Positions 62,243 to 64,000 of a stretch of DNA of 64,000 nucleotides are shown here, piece after piece; the stretch's first letter is position 1; each line of letters begins with the position of its first letter. Below the pieces are notes generated by a model. That model was not told where the DNA came from. It saw nothing but the letters and a program-made list of their open reading frames with translations, and searched no databases. The translations under genes and the position numbers were made by a program. The stretch covers positions 73,778 to 137,777 of the forward strand of contig CBDFFH010000049.1 of assembly GCA_965246715.1 (NCBI GenBank), in the 5' to 3' direction. The stretch is from Chamaesiphon sp. Its GTDB lineage: Bacteria > Cyanobacteriota > Cyanobacteriia > Cyanobacteriales > Chamaesiphonaceae.

Positions 62243-63814
62243 ATGACGGTTGACGATCGATCTCAACACACCCAGACCGAGTTTCAAAAATTGCAGTTGC
62301 GGCTGCAAACTCAGTGGCATAGCTTAGATGCGCCGATCGATAACGATAGCGACAGCGATATTTTAGTGATTCCTTCTGTCAGTTTGGATGTAGACGAACT
62401 GGTCAAAGTCGAGGGGGCGATTCATTATGAAGAGCGGTTATTATTTTCGTTGATGCGGTTGCGAAATCCCCGCACGCGGCTGATTTATGTGACCTCGCAA
62501 CCGTTATCGCCGATCGCGATCGATTATTATCTCCAGTTATTACCAGGAATTCCCTTCTCCCACGCGCGCGAGCGGCTGCTGCTATTTTCCACTTATGACT
62601 ATTCGCTCCAACCGCTGACCAAAAAAATCCTCGATCGTCCGCGCTTGCTCAACCGGATCGCGCAGGCATTGCGTCCCGATCGATCGGTGATGATTTGCTA
62701 TAATTCCACCGCATTGGAACGCGATCTCGCCCTAAAATTAGATATTCCACTTTATGCCCTCGACCCGGATTTATTATATTGGGGCACCAAAGCCGGAAGT
62801 CGCCAGATTTTTGCTGAATGTGGATTGCCATTTCCGGACGGGAGCGAATTGGTATTTAATGCTGATGATTTAGCCGAGGCTGCTGCGGCTTTATGGGAGC
62901 GACAGCCACATCTATTGCGATTGGTGGTGAAGCTAAATGAGGGCTTTTCTGGCGAAGGAAATGCGATTCTCGATTTGCGATCGTTAGGCACTCCAGGCAC
63001 TCATGCCGATAAAGTCCGCGCGATCGATGAAGCTTTCCCGCAGCTCAGTTTTCAGGGCAGAAATGAAACCTGGTCGAACTTCCAGGCTAAGATCGGTCAT
63101 CTCGGCGCGATCGTCGAAGCCTTTGTCGAAGGTAAAGGCAAACAATCTCCCAGCGTTCAAGGGTCGATCTCGCCGACAGGGGTAGTCGAAATCATCTCCA
63201 CTCACGACCAACTTTTAGGTGGCCCTGACGGGCAAATCTTCTTAGGGTGTGAGTTTCCGGCGATCGATGGTTATCGCCTTCAACTCCAAGAGTTGGGATT
63301 AAAGGTGGGTGAAAATCTGGCAGCTAAAGGTGTTATCGAACGGTTTGGTGTTGATTTTATTGCCGTACCTACCGCTGATGGGATGTGGGATTTAGAAGCG
63401 ATCGAAATCAACCTCCGTAAAGGTGGAACTACGCATCCTTTTATGACCCTAAAATTCCTCACTAATGGTTATTATCGATTAGAAGATGGTTTATTTTATA
63501 GTCAGCAAGGCAAGCCCAAATATTATGTGGCCTCGGATAATCTCCAGCATCCCCACTATCGTGGCTTATTACCCAACGATTTGATGGATATTATTGCGCA
63601 TCATCGCTTGCATTTCAATACAAGTACCGAGACGGGAACGGTATTTCATCTCATGGGTTGCCTATCGGAATTTGGTAAAGTGGGATTGACAAGTATCGGT
63701 AATTCTTTAGCAGAAGCGCAAGCAATTTATCGCCGAGTCGAGGAAGTTTTGGATCGCGAAACCCAAATCCTCGATCTCCAACCCGCAGCACCGATCGCTT
63801 GGAAATGTCGGTAG
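62243..63814 (+). CDS. PGM1-related peptide ligase (ATP-grasp)
   Basis: HYEERLL, GTKAGSR, VVKLNEGFSGEGNA, SPSVQ, GVDF and EINLRKGGTTHP. Confidence 0.82.
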   Translation: MTVDDRSQHTQTEFQKLQLRLQTQWHSLDAPIDNDSDSDILVIPSVSLDVDELVKVEGAIHYEERLLFSLMRLRNPRTRLIYVTSQPLSPIAIDYYLQLLPGIPFSHARERLLLFSTYDYSLQPLTKKILDRPRLLNRIAQALRPDRSVMICYNSTALERDLALKLDIPLYALDPDLLYWGTKAGSRQIFAECGLPFPDGSELVFNADDLAEAAAALWERQPHLLRLVVKLNEGFSGEGNAILDLRSLGTPGTHADKVRAIDEAFPQLSFQGRNETWSNFQAKIGHLGAIVEAFVEGKGKQSPSVQGSISPTGVVEIISTHDQLLGGPDGQIFLGCEFPAIDGYRLQLQELGLKVGENLAAKGVIERFGVDFIAVPTADGMWDLEAIEINLRKGGTTHPFMTLKFLTNGYYRLEDGLFYSQQGKPKYYVASDNLQHPHYRGLLPNDLMDIIAHHRLHFNTSTETGTVFHLMGCLSEFGKVGLTSIGNSLAEAQAIYRRVEEVLDRETQILDLQPAAPIAWKCR

Positions 63815-64000
63815 ACAGTTGACAGTCGGTAACATTTGCTAAGTGAATCGCGCGAGAATTTTGACAGATATTTGAACTCTCGATCTAATGGTAAAGGATC
63901 GAACTTATATACAATGTATACTACCGATCTCGGTGGCATAACTACCTGATATAGTTGTTAGGCTAAATTGTAAATATCGAGTTAGTAACTATATGCAAGT

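Overview
Cyanobacterial chromosome segment. Evidence: ndhCKJ, ndhM, psb29, menE, a cyanobacterial-type rrn operon and extremely frequent CGATCG (HIP1 core) sites; the VPEPFTIIGTL sorting tail suggests a Chamaesiphon-like organism (inference). Most of the window is housekeeping: a complete minus-strand rRNA operon (16S, tRNA-Ile, tRNA-Ala, 23S, 5S), uvrA, pyk, coaBC, ald, miaE and tRNA-Arg(CCU). Standout loci: (1) a membrane-bound Pls/PosA-type NRPS whose hand-read A-domain code (DAESIGTVVK) is lysine-like, a candidate epsilon-poly-lysine-type synthetase, downstream of GNAT and GH25 genes; (2) a secreted Thr/Ser/Asn-rich low-complexity protein paired with an 840-aa predicted outer-membrane beta-barrel protein, with a structured leader and intergenic stem-loops, a candidate dedicated fibre/adhesin export system; (3) a three-layer nested insertion (old IS4 remnant, then a 48-bp hairpin element, then an intact IS4); (4) an HTH + Mrr-like + NACHT protein split from its WD40 repeats; (5) a GAF-only DXCF-type cyanobacteriochrome, a stand-alone 2H phosphoesterase and a PGM1-like ATP-grasp ligase; (6) several families of small palindromic repeats and MITEs. 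No CRISPR array was seen. All calls are by eye, with no database searches.
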